The position numbers and the translations under genes are program-made. DNA of 64,000 bases from NCBI GenBank assembly GCA_002633005.1, contig NMRA01000147.1, positions 1 to 64,000 of the forward strand. The letters are read 5' to 3'. Below the pieces are notes generated by a model. That model worked only from the letters and a program-made list of their open reading frames with translations. It did no database searches and was not told where the DNA came from. Each line of letters begins with the position of its first letter. Position 1 is the stretch's first letter. Origin of the DNA: Phoronis australis. Lineage: Eukaryota; Animalia; Phoronida. Shown here piece after piece: positions 1 through 13,944 of the stretch.

Positions 1-23
1 CCGTTGCCGTTGCCGTTGCCGTT
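1..23. repeat. (CCGTTG)n hexanucleotide microsatellite, truncated by window start
   Basis: ccgttg repeated about 4 times at the start of the window. Confidence 0.85.
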
Positions 24-2686
24 TAATATAATCCAAAGCGCATTTACAGGGTTTTGACGACAATCACATCGCCAAACAACCACATGCATGCTTTTTAGCA
101 TCATGTACGAGGTTGATTGTTATAATGGTATTCGATAGAGGCATGGGTAGGAAGTGGACAACAAAGTTGGTCGCAGAAATATTTTGAGTAAATGTAAGAA
201 AACAGTATCAAATTTGGGATATGTAAAAGTCACGCCTAAAATAAGGCATAGTGATAGATTTAACAAAAGTTAACTAAGACTAAAACTATTTCAAAATAAA
301 AACCCTATTACTGCACGACTGCGTGTTGCATGGACACAGTGACTTACTGGACAATCTACGTATTTTAGAAGGAATTGTGATATCGGATTTATTCCTACCA
401 CAGGCAAAGAACTCAAAATAGGTTAGTACTTTGCTGTGTCCGTTGCCCGATATCCTGCTATGTATATTTAGCAATGTCATGGCTGTTCCGTGAGTCTTTT
501 TGATAACTGTGTACAGAAACGTGTTATTGATGTCGTCCAGTGGAATATCCTTCGTGTGACAATTATTTAGGAACCAACGCACATTTCGAAGGTTTTGACG
601 GCAAATACCTAGTGTTGAACCCAGAACATCCAGTCCACCACATGCATGCTTTGTTCCAACATAAACCCAGGCGACTGCTTGGTTGGTACTCGATAGAAAC
701 ATATGGGTATGATGAGATACGATAATTTTTATTGCAGATATATTTTGAGTAAATGTAAACAGCATAAAGATATGACCGTGTAAAACTCATGCTTACCGTT
801 AACCTTGTGATAGTGTTGGTTAACTTTTGTTCAATCTAACACTATTTTAAAATAAAAACCCTATTACAAACTGCACGATCACGTGTGCGGAATTTAGAAG
901 GAAACTTGAGATCGGATTTATTCATACCACAGGCAATGACATTGGAAATTTCAATCAGGTGACATCAAAACAGGTAAATACGTTGTCTCAGGGTCGATTA
1001 ACAATAATGAGCCTCAAAACAGTACACAGAGTACCTTCACATTTATAAAAAAGTTATTAATCGCTTGAACACATAAAGATAGGAGATATTGAACATGTCC
1101 AAATTCCACCAGTCGGTGCGTGCTCGGCATTGGAACACAAAAAGAGATAAGCAACTGATTCTTGACAGGGAGACTACACATATGGTATTTTCTAATTACT
1201 CAGAAGGCTTGAACATATAGTTTTATCCGTTACCGTGAGATGTCACAGTCATCCATAATATGAATTCACCAAATGTTCCAGCTATTGCACAACCTTTAAA
1301 GGTTCACCATATTGATAGGAGTACCTAACAATTAACTTTTAATACACATGCATAACAGTACCCCCTTGATAGTGATATTCAAGTTCATAAGGTAGACCAT
1401 ACTGTCCACATACTGCAAGAAGTTTAAAAAGACCGTCAACTGAGAGCAAGAACAGAACATGATCACGGTCATACATATTATGATTGATACTGTATAAGCA
1501 GGAGATACTACACAGACGATTAAATAGTCATTCAAAAGTGATCTAAGTCCATCCATGTCGTGTTAGAAACTACTTCACGGAACTTGAGAGCCAAAGCCTC
1601 TCGAAAGGATCCAAAAAATTTGGCAATGGTCAGTGAGCTGTTGCTTTTATTTACATTTTTAGTTTCCTGGTACTAAAAGTATGCTGCTCCCCTGTCAATG
1701 ACTTTGCATCACTAATTTCTGAACCTTTGGCTGACAGGACCTTTTCAAAAAATTATAATTTGTTGTATTATAGGCGTTATAACACTTGAGAACCTTCAGA
1801 GTATCGAGCTGTGTCTTACTAATGCAGTATGAAACGTAAGCAACGTTACTTTACTTCTTCCGTTTTGGATATCCGTAGGTCCCAACGGATCGTGGATATG
1901 GGTATGGCGTGTATTAATAAAATTTACAGTCGACAAATCAATTGTTTTCAATACTGCTTCTGCTTCTGAAATCTGCGAAGGAATTCAATTAACGCCATTA
2001 AGCATGCATTTTGGGGCCTTGAACGTAATTTGGGTTCAGTCATGCTGTTGTTTTAGTATGTTAGGGCTTGTATTAGTGTGTTAGTGCAATTGTCAGTCGG
2101 GATTAGAAAGAGCGCTAGCGTCTGCACAATTGTACCACCAAGACCTGCAACAAATGTCTAGTGTAATAGATGTAATGGATGTATGGAGATCTGTTCATTT
2201 GAAGTACATGTGCGTCATCACGATCCAAACACTTGTGCTTGAGTACAACCCAGAGTACTGGAAACCACACAGTTGTCACCGGTGGAGAGCTGTAAATGCA
2301 AGACCCAACTGTTATCAATAACAAAATTTAATCAGCACTATCGTCCTTCATGTATCTGGAAAGACAACATCTCACAGCGTGCGCTCTCACGGAAGTGCAA
2401 CTTACGGGACTTTTTTACCTTTCCATCTCCGGTTATCGGCGACATCTTAGTGGTAGCGAGGTCAGGGTGCTGCTTGTCCAGGTCCTGTATCGTCCTAAAA
2501 AGTCTCTATATTTCTCTCTCAGTTTGAATATTTAAATTTATCTCAGAAATAATTGTTAAGTAAACATTTATGTTAAACATTGAAATACCAATATTTAAAC
2601 GCAATTCACAAAACGAAAATGAAGTGATAATATTTTAGAACACAAAGAGTATTTCCTAGATCACTTCTGGAAAATTTAGCATTTAA
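24..2686 (-). pseudogene. Decayed coding-like block, copy A (unknown, putatively membrane protein); duplicated at 5219-7900
   Basis: Colinear similarity to 5219-7900 (ORFs 286-765 and 5379-5882 are clear paralogues). Internal ~555 bp repeat (attttgagtaaatgtaa at ~181 and ~742). Minus-strand frames give hydrophobic/Cys-rich peptides broken by stops and frameshifts. Duplication is certain; protein-coding ancestry is inference. Confidence 0.4.
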
Positions 2687-5217
2687 GAGTGACTCCACAT
2701 AAAAACCAACAGGTAGAGTCTATACCCAAAATCACAGATTTTTTTGAAACTTAGCACATGAGTTTGGTTTGTTGAGATGTACTAAAACATCACTTTTTAA
2801 AAATTTCCATTCATTATTTTTCTTTTTATGACCTGTACCTCCATTTTGGAACAAAATTGGGCGTTGAAGTAGGCATGTTTGAATGCATTTTACTAGCATG
2901 TGTGGTACGGTCAAAACAAATGAATGAAACGAATTGAAAGGACAATGGCTTAACAATTCAATGGCATAGCTTTCAAAATCTATTTTTAAATTTGTACGTT
3001 TTGAATTTGTGAGGCAAAAACGGCTATTTTTCAAGTTTTCACCGAAGCCATTTTCGGCCAAATTTGGCACTCTGTAGCAGCCATAACTCACCTTTCCTGA
3101 GATTGAATTTATAATAATTTGTTCAGTCATTCCTAACCTTACCTCTAATGTGGTTTTTGCGTACGAAGCATTACACAAACTGCACTTCGTCCTTTTGCAA
3201 GTTCTCAGTTGCCTCTGCTACCAATAGGAGGCTCTTGGAACATATAATTAGCTTGCGAAAAACGACATAAAAACCTTGTATTTTGGAGAAAAGGCAGACA
3301 GCATTATTAATTCCCATTCTCTGAAAACGGCATTGATGGTTATTGCTTTACAAAAAATATGTACGTAAATCAACTGGCATTCGCGCTTCTAAATGATAAA
3401 TAGCGCTGCTTTTGTTTACGTGGAGACTGAAGACGCATCTAGAATAAGAGCAGTAACACGAGGACCTTAATTGCTATAATTCAAGACTTCGCGAGATATT
3501 GCCCTGCATTTTAAATGAAAACACGTGGTTTTGGATAAATTTTAGAGAGGTTATAGTGTTACTGAACTCTCCCCTGCCTTACTCTTGTTTTCTATCTGCC
3601 TTGTTCTTGCCTCAGGCAAAGGAAGGCGCCCAAGGTGGATGTGGCCCCCTAGTGTTCAGTGCAAAAAATCCTTCAAGTTGTCAATAGTCATTGTAAATTT
3701 GGGTTCATATTGTAATGTCCCTGCTGGTTGCTACAAATTTTAGTCGCCACCAGTCGCCAGAAATTTGGTGTTTGCCCTCCCCCTCACACACACCGGGCAC
3801 CCTAACGCTGAATATTTTTGCCAGTGTGATCATCAGTGGTATAAAAAGGCACATATTCACATTCAATAGAAAATTATTCACGAGAGACAATTTTATTAAT
3901 GACTCATTCATGGCAGACATGAAGTAAAAAGAAGTAACGGTCTCGACTTCATATATCACACATCTTTGACTGGTTGTTATGCAACAAAACTAGGCTAAAC
4001 GTTGAGCTCATTTACCACTCCATTCAGTAAATCTGTCGACCTAACAGCATCTTCAGCAGAAATAGCATCGTCATAAACATTGCTTCAGACAACCTCGAAA
4101 ACCAATCTGCGATTCACTTAACATCACAGGTAAACACTTTCTGAGTGGGTTCTCGTAATGTTTTCTCCATTTTGGCACTTCCGAGGGTGAACGTTTTTAC
4201 CTGAATTATCTCCTTCATCGAATATGTTCGTCAGAAAGTTCTTAACCTTTACTGAAAATCTCGCTGATCTTTTTTCAATGCCTAACCTATTGCTTCAGCA
4301 TTCGCCTCATCCAAATAGAACTCTGAGGCTGTCTCAAATGAAGCTCCGGTTCTTGCATCTGAAAGCATTTCTGACCACTGTCGTGCGATGTGGTCATACG
4401 TGGTTTCCTTCTCTAAATGTTCAGTGTGGTTTCACACATCCAAATGCTTACCTAGTTCTGCGTCTGTAGCAAAAAACTTCGAGTAACCTTGATGGGTACA
4501 AGGGAACTTTTGTTGAGGCTCTTCACTAGACACAATGCCAACCTTAACTCTTGGTGTTGAAAATCCGCCATGTCTAGAGATGTTAGTGTATTTTAGAGAA
4601 ATTGGTTTCCCATTTTCTCAGTATTTGTAAGAACTTACCGTCACCTACATGGAACGTTTTCCACACGCGAATTCCTTGGGTGAAATAGTAGGGATTTGGG
4701 AATGTGCTTTTACCAGGAACTGAGTGTTTTGGAAAAGACTGTTGCATTGACTGAACATGTATACACATAACATACCTTCACACGGCCACTGGAAACTAAT
4801 GCTTCTTTCAAATCCAGAAATTTTATGATATTGTTACCTTCGGCTACAAAGTACTTCGCATGTTGTTTGAGTGGAGCCATCTTGCGACCACAAGAGATCC
4901 TTTCCATTCAGACTTTCACTAAAGTCACATCTCTGAACAGAAATGCCGGTAGAATTTGACAAGGCTGCTACGTTCAGGAGGAGAGGAGCAGAGTGGTAAC
5001 ATCCAGCATTACCCGACTCTCCCACGACTCATTGTTCAGTCAGAAATTCACCGACTCGGGGTAGTACGAGTCCGTACTCTGGCACAGGCCTTGCATTGTG
5101 AGGTACTTTCCTGTATCTCAAATGTTCAGTGGTGTCTTTAACATAACTCACTAAAGCACAAAGCTTTTGTGATCGGATTTTTTGCAGAATAAACTCTAAA
5201 GGAACATGAAGGCCCAT
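2687..5217 (-). mobile_element. Sola3-type DNA transposon remnant (3' part with terminus)
   Basis: Homology with the paralogous block (aatttagcatttaa|gtatg at ~7885) breaks exactly at TTAA 2683-2686, followed by GAGTGACTCC. A TTAA target plus GAG terminus is the Sola3 signature. A decayed transposase lies on the minus strand; the other end is lost at the single N at 5218. Confidence 0.75.
3950..5210 (-). pseudogene. Decayed Sola3-like DDD transposase, C-terminal half
   Basis: Frameshifted peptides SGNAGCYHSAPLL..GISVQRCDFSES.NGKD../.RKMAPLKQHAKYFVAEGNNI..DLKEALVSSGRVK, GIRVWKTFHVGDGK, a C2H2-like FPCTHQGYSKFFATDAELGKHLDV*NH, and IG*ALKKRSARFSVKVKNFLTNIFDEG. Confidence 0.75.
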
Positions 5218-5218
5218 N

Positions 5219-7900
5219 CGATTGTTTTGTTGGTACTCGATAGAATCATGTTTAGGAAGTGGACAACAAGGTTGATTGCAGAAATGTTTTGAGTAAGTGT
5301 AAGACAACAGCATCAAATTTGGGCCATGTAAAACTCACGCTTAAAATAAGATGTAACGAAAGTTAACTAATACTAAAACTATTTCAAAATAAAAACCCTA
5401 TTACTGCATGACTGCGTGTTGTATGGACGCAGTGACTTACTCGACAATGTACGTATTTTAGAAGGAATTGTGATGTCGGATTTATTCATACCACAGGCAA
5501 AGACTTCAAAATAGTTTAGTACTTTGCTGTGTCCGCTGCCCGATATCCTGCTATGTATATTAAGCAATTTCATGGCTGTTCCGTGAATATTTTTGATAAC
5601 TGTGTACATAAACGTGTTATTGATGTCGTCCAGTGGAATATCCGTCGTGTGACATTTATTTGGTAACCAACGCACATTTCGAAGGTTTTGACGGCAATCA
5701 CGTCGTGTTGAACCCAGAACGTCCAGTCCACCACATGAATGCTTTGTTCCAACATAAACCCAGGCGACTGCTTGGTTGATACTCGATAGAAACATGTGGG
5801 TATGATGGGATACGATAATTTTATTGCAGATATATTTTGAGTAAATGTAAACAGCATCGAAATTTGACCGTGTAAAACTCACGCTTAAAATTTACATTGT
5901 GATAGATAGAACAAAAGTTAACCAATACTAACACTTTTTTAAAATTTTAAAAAAACCTATGACAAACTGCAAGATCACGTGTGCGGAATGTAGAAGGAAA
6001 CTTGAGATCGGATTCATTCATACCACAGTCAATGACAATGGAAAATTCAAAACAGGTAATTACGTTGTCCTAGGGTCGATTTACAGTAATGAGCCTCAAA
6101 ACAGTACACAGAGTACCTTCAAATTTATAAAAAAAGTTATAAAACGCTTGAACACATAAAGATATGAGATATTGAACATGTCCAACTTCTACCAGTCGGC
6201 CCGTGCTATGCATTGGAACACAGAAAGAGATAGGCAACTGATTCTTGACAGGGAGACTACACATATGGTATTTTCTAATTACTCAGAGGGCTTGAACATA
6301 TAGTTTTCTCCGTTACCGTGAGATGTCAAAGTCATCCATAATATGGTATCACCAAATGTTCCATCTATTGCACAGCCTTTAAAGGTTCACCATATTGATA
6401 GATGTACCTAACAATTAACTTTTAAAACACATGCATAACAGTACCCCTTTGATAGTGATATTCAAGTTCATGTGGTAAACCATAGTGTCCACATACTGCA
6501 AGAAGTTTAAAAAGACCATCAACTGAGAGCAAGAACAGAACAAGATCATGGGCATACATTTTATGATTGATATATGCAGGAGATACTACACAGACGACTA
6601 AATAGTCATTCAAAAGTTATCTAAGTCTATCCATGTCCTGTTTGAAACTACTTCATGGAAGAGCCAAAGCCCCTCGAAAGGATCCAAAACGGTTTTGCAA
6701 TGGTCAGTGAGCTGCTGATTTTATTTACATTTTAGTTTCCTGGTACTAAAAGTGTGCTGCTCCCCCGTCAATGACTTTGCATCACTAATTTCTGTTCTCA
6801 TAGATTGTCGAACTAACTAGCATTCCTTTCAGTCGGATTTGTGAACCTTTGGCTTGACAGGACCTTTTCAAAAAATTCTAATTTGTTGTATTATAGGCGT
6901 TATAACACTTGAGAACCTTCAGAGTATCGAGCTGTGTCTTAGATATACTAACGCAGTATGAAACGTAAGCAACGTTACTTTACTTCTTCCGTTTGGATAT
7001 CCGTGGGTCCCAACGTATCCTGGGTATGGGTATGGCGTGTAATAGATAAAAACGTGTATTAATAAAATTTATAAACAGTCGACAAATCGAATGTTTTCAA
7101 TACTGCTTTGCTTGTGAAATCTGCAAAGGAATTCAATTAACACCATTCAGCATGCATTTTGGGGTCTTGAACGTAATTTGGGTTCAGTCATGCCGTTGTT
7201 TTAGTATGTTCAGGCTTGTATTAGTGTGTTAGTGCAATTGTCAGTCGGGATTAGAAAGAGCGCTAGCGTCTGCACAATTGTACCACCAAGACCTCCAACA
7301 AATGTCTAGTGTAATAGATTTGATGGATGTATAGAGATCTATTCATTTGAAGTACATGTGCGTCATCACATCCAAACACTAATACTTGAGTACAACCCAG
7401 AGTACAACAAAACTACAGTCAACCCTTAAGAACTATTACAATAATCTGGAAACCACACAGTTGTCACCGGTGGAGACCTGTAAATGCAAGACCCAAATGT
7501 TATCAATAACATAATTTAATCAGCACTATCGTCCTTCATGCATATGGAAACACAGCATCTCACAGCGTGCGCTCTCACGGAAGTGCAACTCACGGGTCTA
7601 TTTTACCTTTCCGTCTCCGGTTTTATTTTGTGTCGGTTATCGGCGACATCTTAGGTTCTCTTCCAGTGGTAGCGAGGTCAGGGTGCTGCTTCTGCTTGTT
7701 CAGGTCCTGTCTGATCCTAAAAAAGTCTCTATATTTCTCACTCAGTTTGAATATTTAAATTCATCTCAGAAATAGCTGTTTACATTTATGTAAAACATTG
7801 AAATACCAATACTTAAACGCAGTTCACAAAACGAAAATGAAGTGATCATATTTTAGAACATGAAGAGTATTTCCTAGATCACTTCTTGAAAATTTAGCAT
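5219..7900 (-). pseudogene. Decayed coding-like block, copy B (paralogue of 24-2686)
   Basis: Colinear with ~115-2686, with many substitutions and indels; lacks the Sola3 insertion at the homologous TTAA; begins at an N. Confidence 0.4.
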
Positions 7901-9250
7901 TTAAGTATGTTCGACCTTGATATTTTGACCTCTGTTTTACTATCAATGAGCTCTGTCTTTTGCTAAATACTATGATTTTTGAAGAGAGTGTGACTTGAAA
8001 CCAGGCGAGAAAGAGTGTATGAAAAAAGAGATGCCTGTTTAAGAAACTCGCATGCAGTCGAAACAAGTAACTTCCAGAAGATTTACAGCTTAGCAGCACC
8101 ATACCCCTTGTCTCTGGTGCCTTTAGTGCAAGTGGTAGTGCAGCACATTTCGTACCATGTCACTGTTCTCAGCGTCAACTCCTGCATGCTAATAGTATAC
8201 TAGTCAGCCAAATTCCAGTGGATCGACGAAAGGCCAACTCGCTAAAAATCTACAATGAGATTAAAAGGAAATCAACACGTCCGAAGTAGTAAAACCTATA
8301 TGTCTTCAAATGAAAACTAGAAATGAGGAAAGGTATGACCTAAGGTATAAATTCACGGTTTTTAAGTCTTCAAATTCGAAGATCAACACAAGTCCTAAAC
8401 CCCATTAGTTCGAAAGCTAAAAGTTCAAACTTTCATGACACGAGGTTCCGAACGGCGATTTCGAGAAAAATATTCAGGAATTTGGAAGCACATGCCTGTT
8501 TGACACTAGTTCTTCGAAGAGCCTGTGCCTCTGGAAAGGAGGCAAGCAACGTGGTTACCGCCACTAAAGTTTTGCTGTTCCGCTGCTGTTGAGGTTTCTG
8601 GTATCACAAATCTGGAAACCAGTTTTGATCTAACTATATTTCTTTTCTGTCGGAGTTGTAAACACTTGGCCAAATAGGGTCTTTTTAAAAACATTACATT
8701 TTCCGTATCATTGGATGTCAGGACTTGAGAACCTTCAGAGTGCCGGGCTGCATCCAAAATATATTGTGACATTAAACGGAAACAACGTTAGTTCACCTAC
8801 ATAATTTTCGTCTTAAATCCTTCCGTTTTGGTTATCCGAGGTTCACAGCGTATCTTTGAGGTACTGTTATACCGCGTAAATAGACAAAAACCTGTATTAA
8901 TGAAATTTTCAAAAAATCGACAACTCAACCGTTTTCAATTTGCCACATGGAGATCAATTGAAAAATCCTTGTCTCTACGCTGATAGAAATAGGTCACAGG
9001 AACCATTGTTCATCTCCACCTGGTTGTGGCATCTCCAGAGGAATTCAAAGAACACCATTCAGCACGTATTTTGTGACCTTGAACGTCCTTTGGATTAATT
9101 CATTCCGTCTTTCCTGGAATGTTAGGGCAATTGTTGGGCGGGATTAGAAAGTGCGTTAGCGTCAACGTGAAAGCACAAGCAAGAAAAATAACAAANCGTA
9201 GTCGAGTAAAACTTACTTTAGTCTATGGCTCAAGAAATTGTCCGCTAAGA

Positions 9251-9470
9251 ATGAGAAAATGGTGTTGATATGGTGTGTGTAGCACCGAAAGCCGTTATGC
9301 TGCTCCAGAATAATATCCCGTCATCTTTTGGAATGTCCTAAGCCGAAAAATGATGTTGAAAACCGTAAACTATGGATCAAACTGTACGGCCACACGAGCA
9401 GCTGAACTGAGCGATGTTGCTTGATAACTCGAAGGCTATCATAAACACAACTATATAGTTCCAAGATACG
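9251..9470 (+). pseudogene. THAP zinc-finger remnant within a ~0.95 kb transposon-derived insert (9197-10175)
   Basis: Manual translation MRKWC*YGVCSTESRY...PKPKNDVENRKLWIKLYG / PHEQLN matches the THAP pattern CxxxxC...FPKPK...WIKxCGRPH; stops and frameshifts present. Confidence 0.6.
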
Positions 9471-12400
9471 CACTTTTCAGCTTGGTGGCTATGGTGCACA
9501 TTTTGACTCCCGAGTTTTCTTCGTCTGGCCGCCTTTGTCTCTGCACCTGCTGGATCTCGGTGTACTCTAGCGGTAGTCCCCGGAAATTGTTGTTTTCAAG
9601 GACATTTTTATTTTATGTTTTTTTTTATTTATTTCAACCTAATGGACATTATTTTGTTTCGCATCAGAGGTACATTTTTGTAATTCATAAACCGTAGGCT
9701 GGCGTTCAACTGAACTTCTCTCCTGGTCAAAATTCAGAGATTCGATCGGCACAGGGAAGGGCACTGGATTACTGCCTTGGTCGAGCTGTTGCCACTAAAA
9801 ATAAAATGTTGAATTACTTTTTGACGTGTACCTCTAGTATACACTATGTCTGGAGAGTTAGAGAGAGCTCATTTCGAAGTTGTTCAAACATGATATTTAG
9901 ATTTATGAAGCTTTAGAAAATAATTTGAGTTATTTTTGTAAATACAACTGTACCCTATTTTTGCAACTACCACACCAGACTCGAAACCTTTTGTAACCAT
10001 ACCACGACTTAGTGACCATGTTACCTTCAAAATTAAATGAAAGCTACTTTTATGGAATGAAACTACAAAAAATGCCAAGTTCATAAGAAGGTAGGCCTAA
10101 TTTAAATGTCTTAATGATGCAAACGGACAATTCCATAGGCGGATTTAGAGGAGGGCAGGGGCGGAGCTTGCGATAGGTCAATTGTTGGGCAGGATTAGAA
10201 AGTGCGTTAGCATCAATGCGAAAGCACAAGCAAGAAAAATAACAAACGTCTAGCTCAAGCGAATTGTAAATACAATTGACAATGGGCAGATCTATTCATT
10301 AGAGTAAATGTGCGTCATCACGGCCTAAGCATTAATACATGAATAGAACCAAGGGTACAACTAAAATGCAGGCAACACTTTAAGTCTATTACAACGAAAT
10401 GGACACCAAACAGTGGTAACAGGTGAAGACCAAAGTGTTATCAATAACGTATCCCTATCGTGCTTCATCGCTAAAATTGAACCCCTTGAAAGTGATAAAG
10501 CAATACGACCTGAATTGAAATCTACACGTGAGAAGGTGTTTGGGCCGAAGGTATGAAATCACGGTATTCCTCGGTTTCAAGGTTAGCTAGACCAAGAATC
10601 CATAAATCTTAATATCCACTGAAGTCCGAAAGCTTATCATTTTCAAAAGTAAACGTTCGATCTTTCAGGACACGAGGTTCAGAAAAGTGATTTCGTGAAA
10701 ATTTTTGGAGTTGGAACGTGTATTGAAACTAGTGATTCGAAGAGCCAGTGCTCCTCAATGGTATCCAAACAAATTTTGTCAATGCTTACTGAGCCGCTAC
10801 ATTTAGTTACATTATCAAATTTTGGAACACAGCCAGTAAAATTTTGCTGCTCTGTTGTCAGACCTCGTCAATAGTTTCAACTAGACCTTCTTTTTCTTGG
10901 ATTTGTGAACCTTCGGACTCAAGGTCCTTTTGAAAACGTTTTCATTTGTCGCATAATTTGCATTCTAACTTGTACACCTTCGGAGTATCGAACTCTATCC
11001 TATTTATGCAAATGCATTATGATTCGCAAGCAATATTAGATTTCCTTCTTAGCTTTAGTATTCGGTTGTGAATTTTCTTCTTCCATGCTTCTTCTTCCGT
11101 TTTTGTTATACGTGGGTTGCAGCGTATCACTGTTGCTTGGGTATGGCGAGTCAATAGACAAAAAACATGTATTAACAAAATTTCTGTGACCTTTTACGTT
11201 ATTTGGATTTATTCATGCTGTCTTTCTGTTTGGGCTTGTGTCAGTAGGTTAGTGTAATTGTTAGTCGGGATTAGAAAGAGCATCAGCGTCAACGCGAATA
11301 CACGAGCAAGACAATTGACAAACGTGTGGTGCACGTGAATGGTGACAGATTTGGTGGATGAAGAGGTGTATCCATTTAAAGTACATGTGCGTCAAAACAC
11401 TAAAACCTGAGTACAACCCAGAGTACAAGTAAAATACAGCCAAAACTTAAAATATTTTACAACGACGCGACCCGGATACCACACAATTGTCATAGGTGGA
11501 GAACTGTAACTGCAAGTGCCACCTAGACTAAAATATTATAAATAACAAAAGCTATACACCTCTGTCGTCTTTCATGAATCGGTAAGACAGCAACTCATGG
11601 CGCGCGCCCTCACGGAATTAGCAGCTTGCGAGACGTTTTTACCTTTTCCACTCTGGTGTTATTTTGTGTTCGTGGCTCAGCAACATTTTTGGTTCACTGC
11701 CAGTGGTGACAAGGCCATGGTCTTTGTTGTTCGAAGCCTGTAAGACCCTAGAAAAGAACGTCCATTTCTCTAACGTTTGTATCTCAGAAATGACAGTTCA
11801 CATTGATCTAAAACTTTCAAATACTATGATTTAAACACCGTTCAGAAAACGAAAATGATAAGAGCATATTTTACAACTTTAACAAAGTTCTGAGATGACT
11901 TCTGGAACACCTTAATTAAATCAAATTCGATCTTGTTATCGATACATGTACCATTGATTTACCATTAATATGCTTTTTGTCCTAAGTTAAATTTTACGGT
12001 TTTTGAGAAATAATTTATTGTGCCCTGAAGCGAGGTGTGAATTGATGGGTCCTAGAATGCACATACGGTCAAAGCAAGTAACTTCCACGATGTTTACAGC
12101 TTAATGGCACCATACTTTTTGGCTATGGTGTCATTCGTGTAAGTGGTCCTGGGGTTCCATCCCACTGTTCGCGACGTCAAATCCCGCATGCTGCATGCTA
12201 GTGGTATATTAGTCCAGTGGTTCACACAGGATCGTCATTTGGATTCAGTCATGCTGTTTTTAGTGTGTTAGGCTACGTGTTAGTATGTTAGTGCAAATGT
12301 TAGTCGAAATTAGAAAGAGTGTTATCGTCAATACGAATGAACCAGCAAGACAAGTAACAAACAACAGGTGAAAGGATCCAAACAATGTTCGACAGCACTT

Positions 12401-13944
12401 AAACGCTGTTACAATGATTTGGACACCACAAAGTTGACACAGGTAGACAACTGCAACTGCAAGTATCAGCCAGACGAAATGTTATCAATAAAGAAAGTTT
12501 CATACCTCTATCACCCTTCGTGTACCGTGTAAGACAGCATTTCATGGCGCGCCCTCACGGATGGTGCAACTTCAGAGATTTTTTTACCTTTCCAATTACG
12601 GTATCATTGGTGGTCCAGTGTTATCTTTGTAGTAGTGGTGAGGTCATGGTTGTTCAGATCATGTATTATCTTTGGAATAACGTTCAAATTTCTCTAACTT
12701 TGAAGATTCGTATCAGAATAGCAGTTCAGATTTAGGTAAAATGTCAAACACCGTTCAAAAAACGAAAATGAAATGATCTTATTAACTGTTTTTCTGTGAT
12801 GACTTCTGAAACATTTATTTTCATCGTATGAAATTCCACTGTGTGATTGATACCATTGTTTTAACATTAATGTGCTTTTGTTTTGTTTTTTTTTTTCTTA
12901 AATTAACAGTTTTTGCCCTGAAACCAGGTGTGAAACAGTGTTCATGAATAAAGACAGATGTTGAATTACTGGCGAGTAAATTTTGAACTTCGCTTTTTCA
13001 AATCAAACAAGGATGGTTTCAGATGAACATTATTGGTGACATTCGTGTTAGTTGTCCGGGCCTACCATGGGTATACTCTCACTGCTTTCGACGTTTAATT
13101 CCGCGCGTTAATGGTATACTAGTCAGCCAAAGTCCACCGTTCGAAGAATGACCAAGTCGCTATTAAATCTACAATACGGTTAAAAGGAAACCTGACAAGC
13201 CTTTAGACGCGATAAAACCCTACATGACTTCAATTTAAAACTAGAAGTGAGAAAGTGTGTTTGCTGAAGGTATGAACTCACGGCTTTCATTTTTCCGAAG
13301 GTTTTTAAGTCCACAAATACACGCAAGTACGAAAGCCCATAACTGCGAAAGTTAAAAGTTTAAACTTTAATGACATGAGGTTCTGAACGGTGATTTGGAT
13401 CAAAATATTTTGGGCTATTAAACACTCGAAGAGCCAGTGCCTCTGGAAAAGATCCAAACACAGTTCAGCAATGTGCATTGAACTTTCGCTATCATTTACA
13501 TTTTCAAACTTTGTTTTACCGCCACTAAAATTTTGCTGCTTCGGTGTCGTTGACTTTGAATAACCGGCTTCTGGTTTCGTGGCCTTATTTCAGACAAACT
13601 AACTTTCTTGTCTGTCGGAATTGTGAACCTTGGGCCTGATAGGGCATTTTTAAAAACAGTTTCATTTCTCGTGTTATGGGTGTTTGGACTTGAGAACCTT
13701 CAAAGTATCGAACTGCAGTTATTTATGTTAATGCAGTATGAAACGCAACCAACGTTAGTTTACCTTCATAATTTTCATTCTAAATCCTTCTCCTGCTTTG
13801 GTTTTCCGTGGGTCGCAGCACATCGTTGGGGTATGTGTATGGCTTGTAAATAGACAAAAACGTGTATTTTACAAACAACCGACAAAATCAAATTTTTCAA
13901 TTTGCCACCAAGAAGCGCCACAGTAGTCAATTTCGTCTGATTAA

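Noticed and set aside
2732-3178. 148 aa minus-strand ORF
   Set aside because: Falls in the presumed non-coding terminal region of the Sola3-like element; no recognisable domain.
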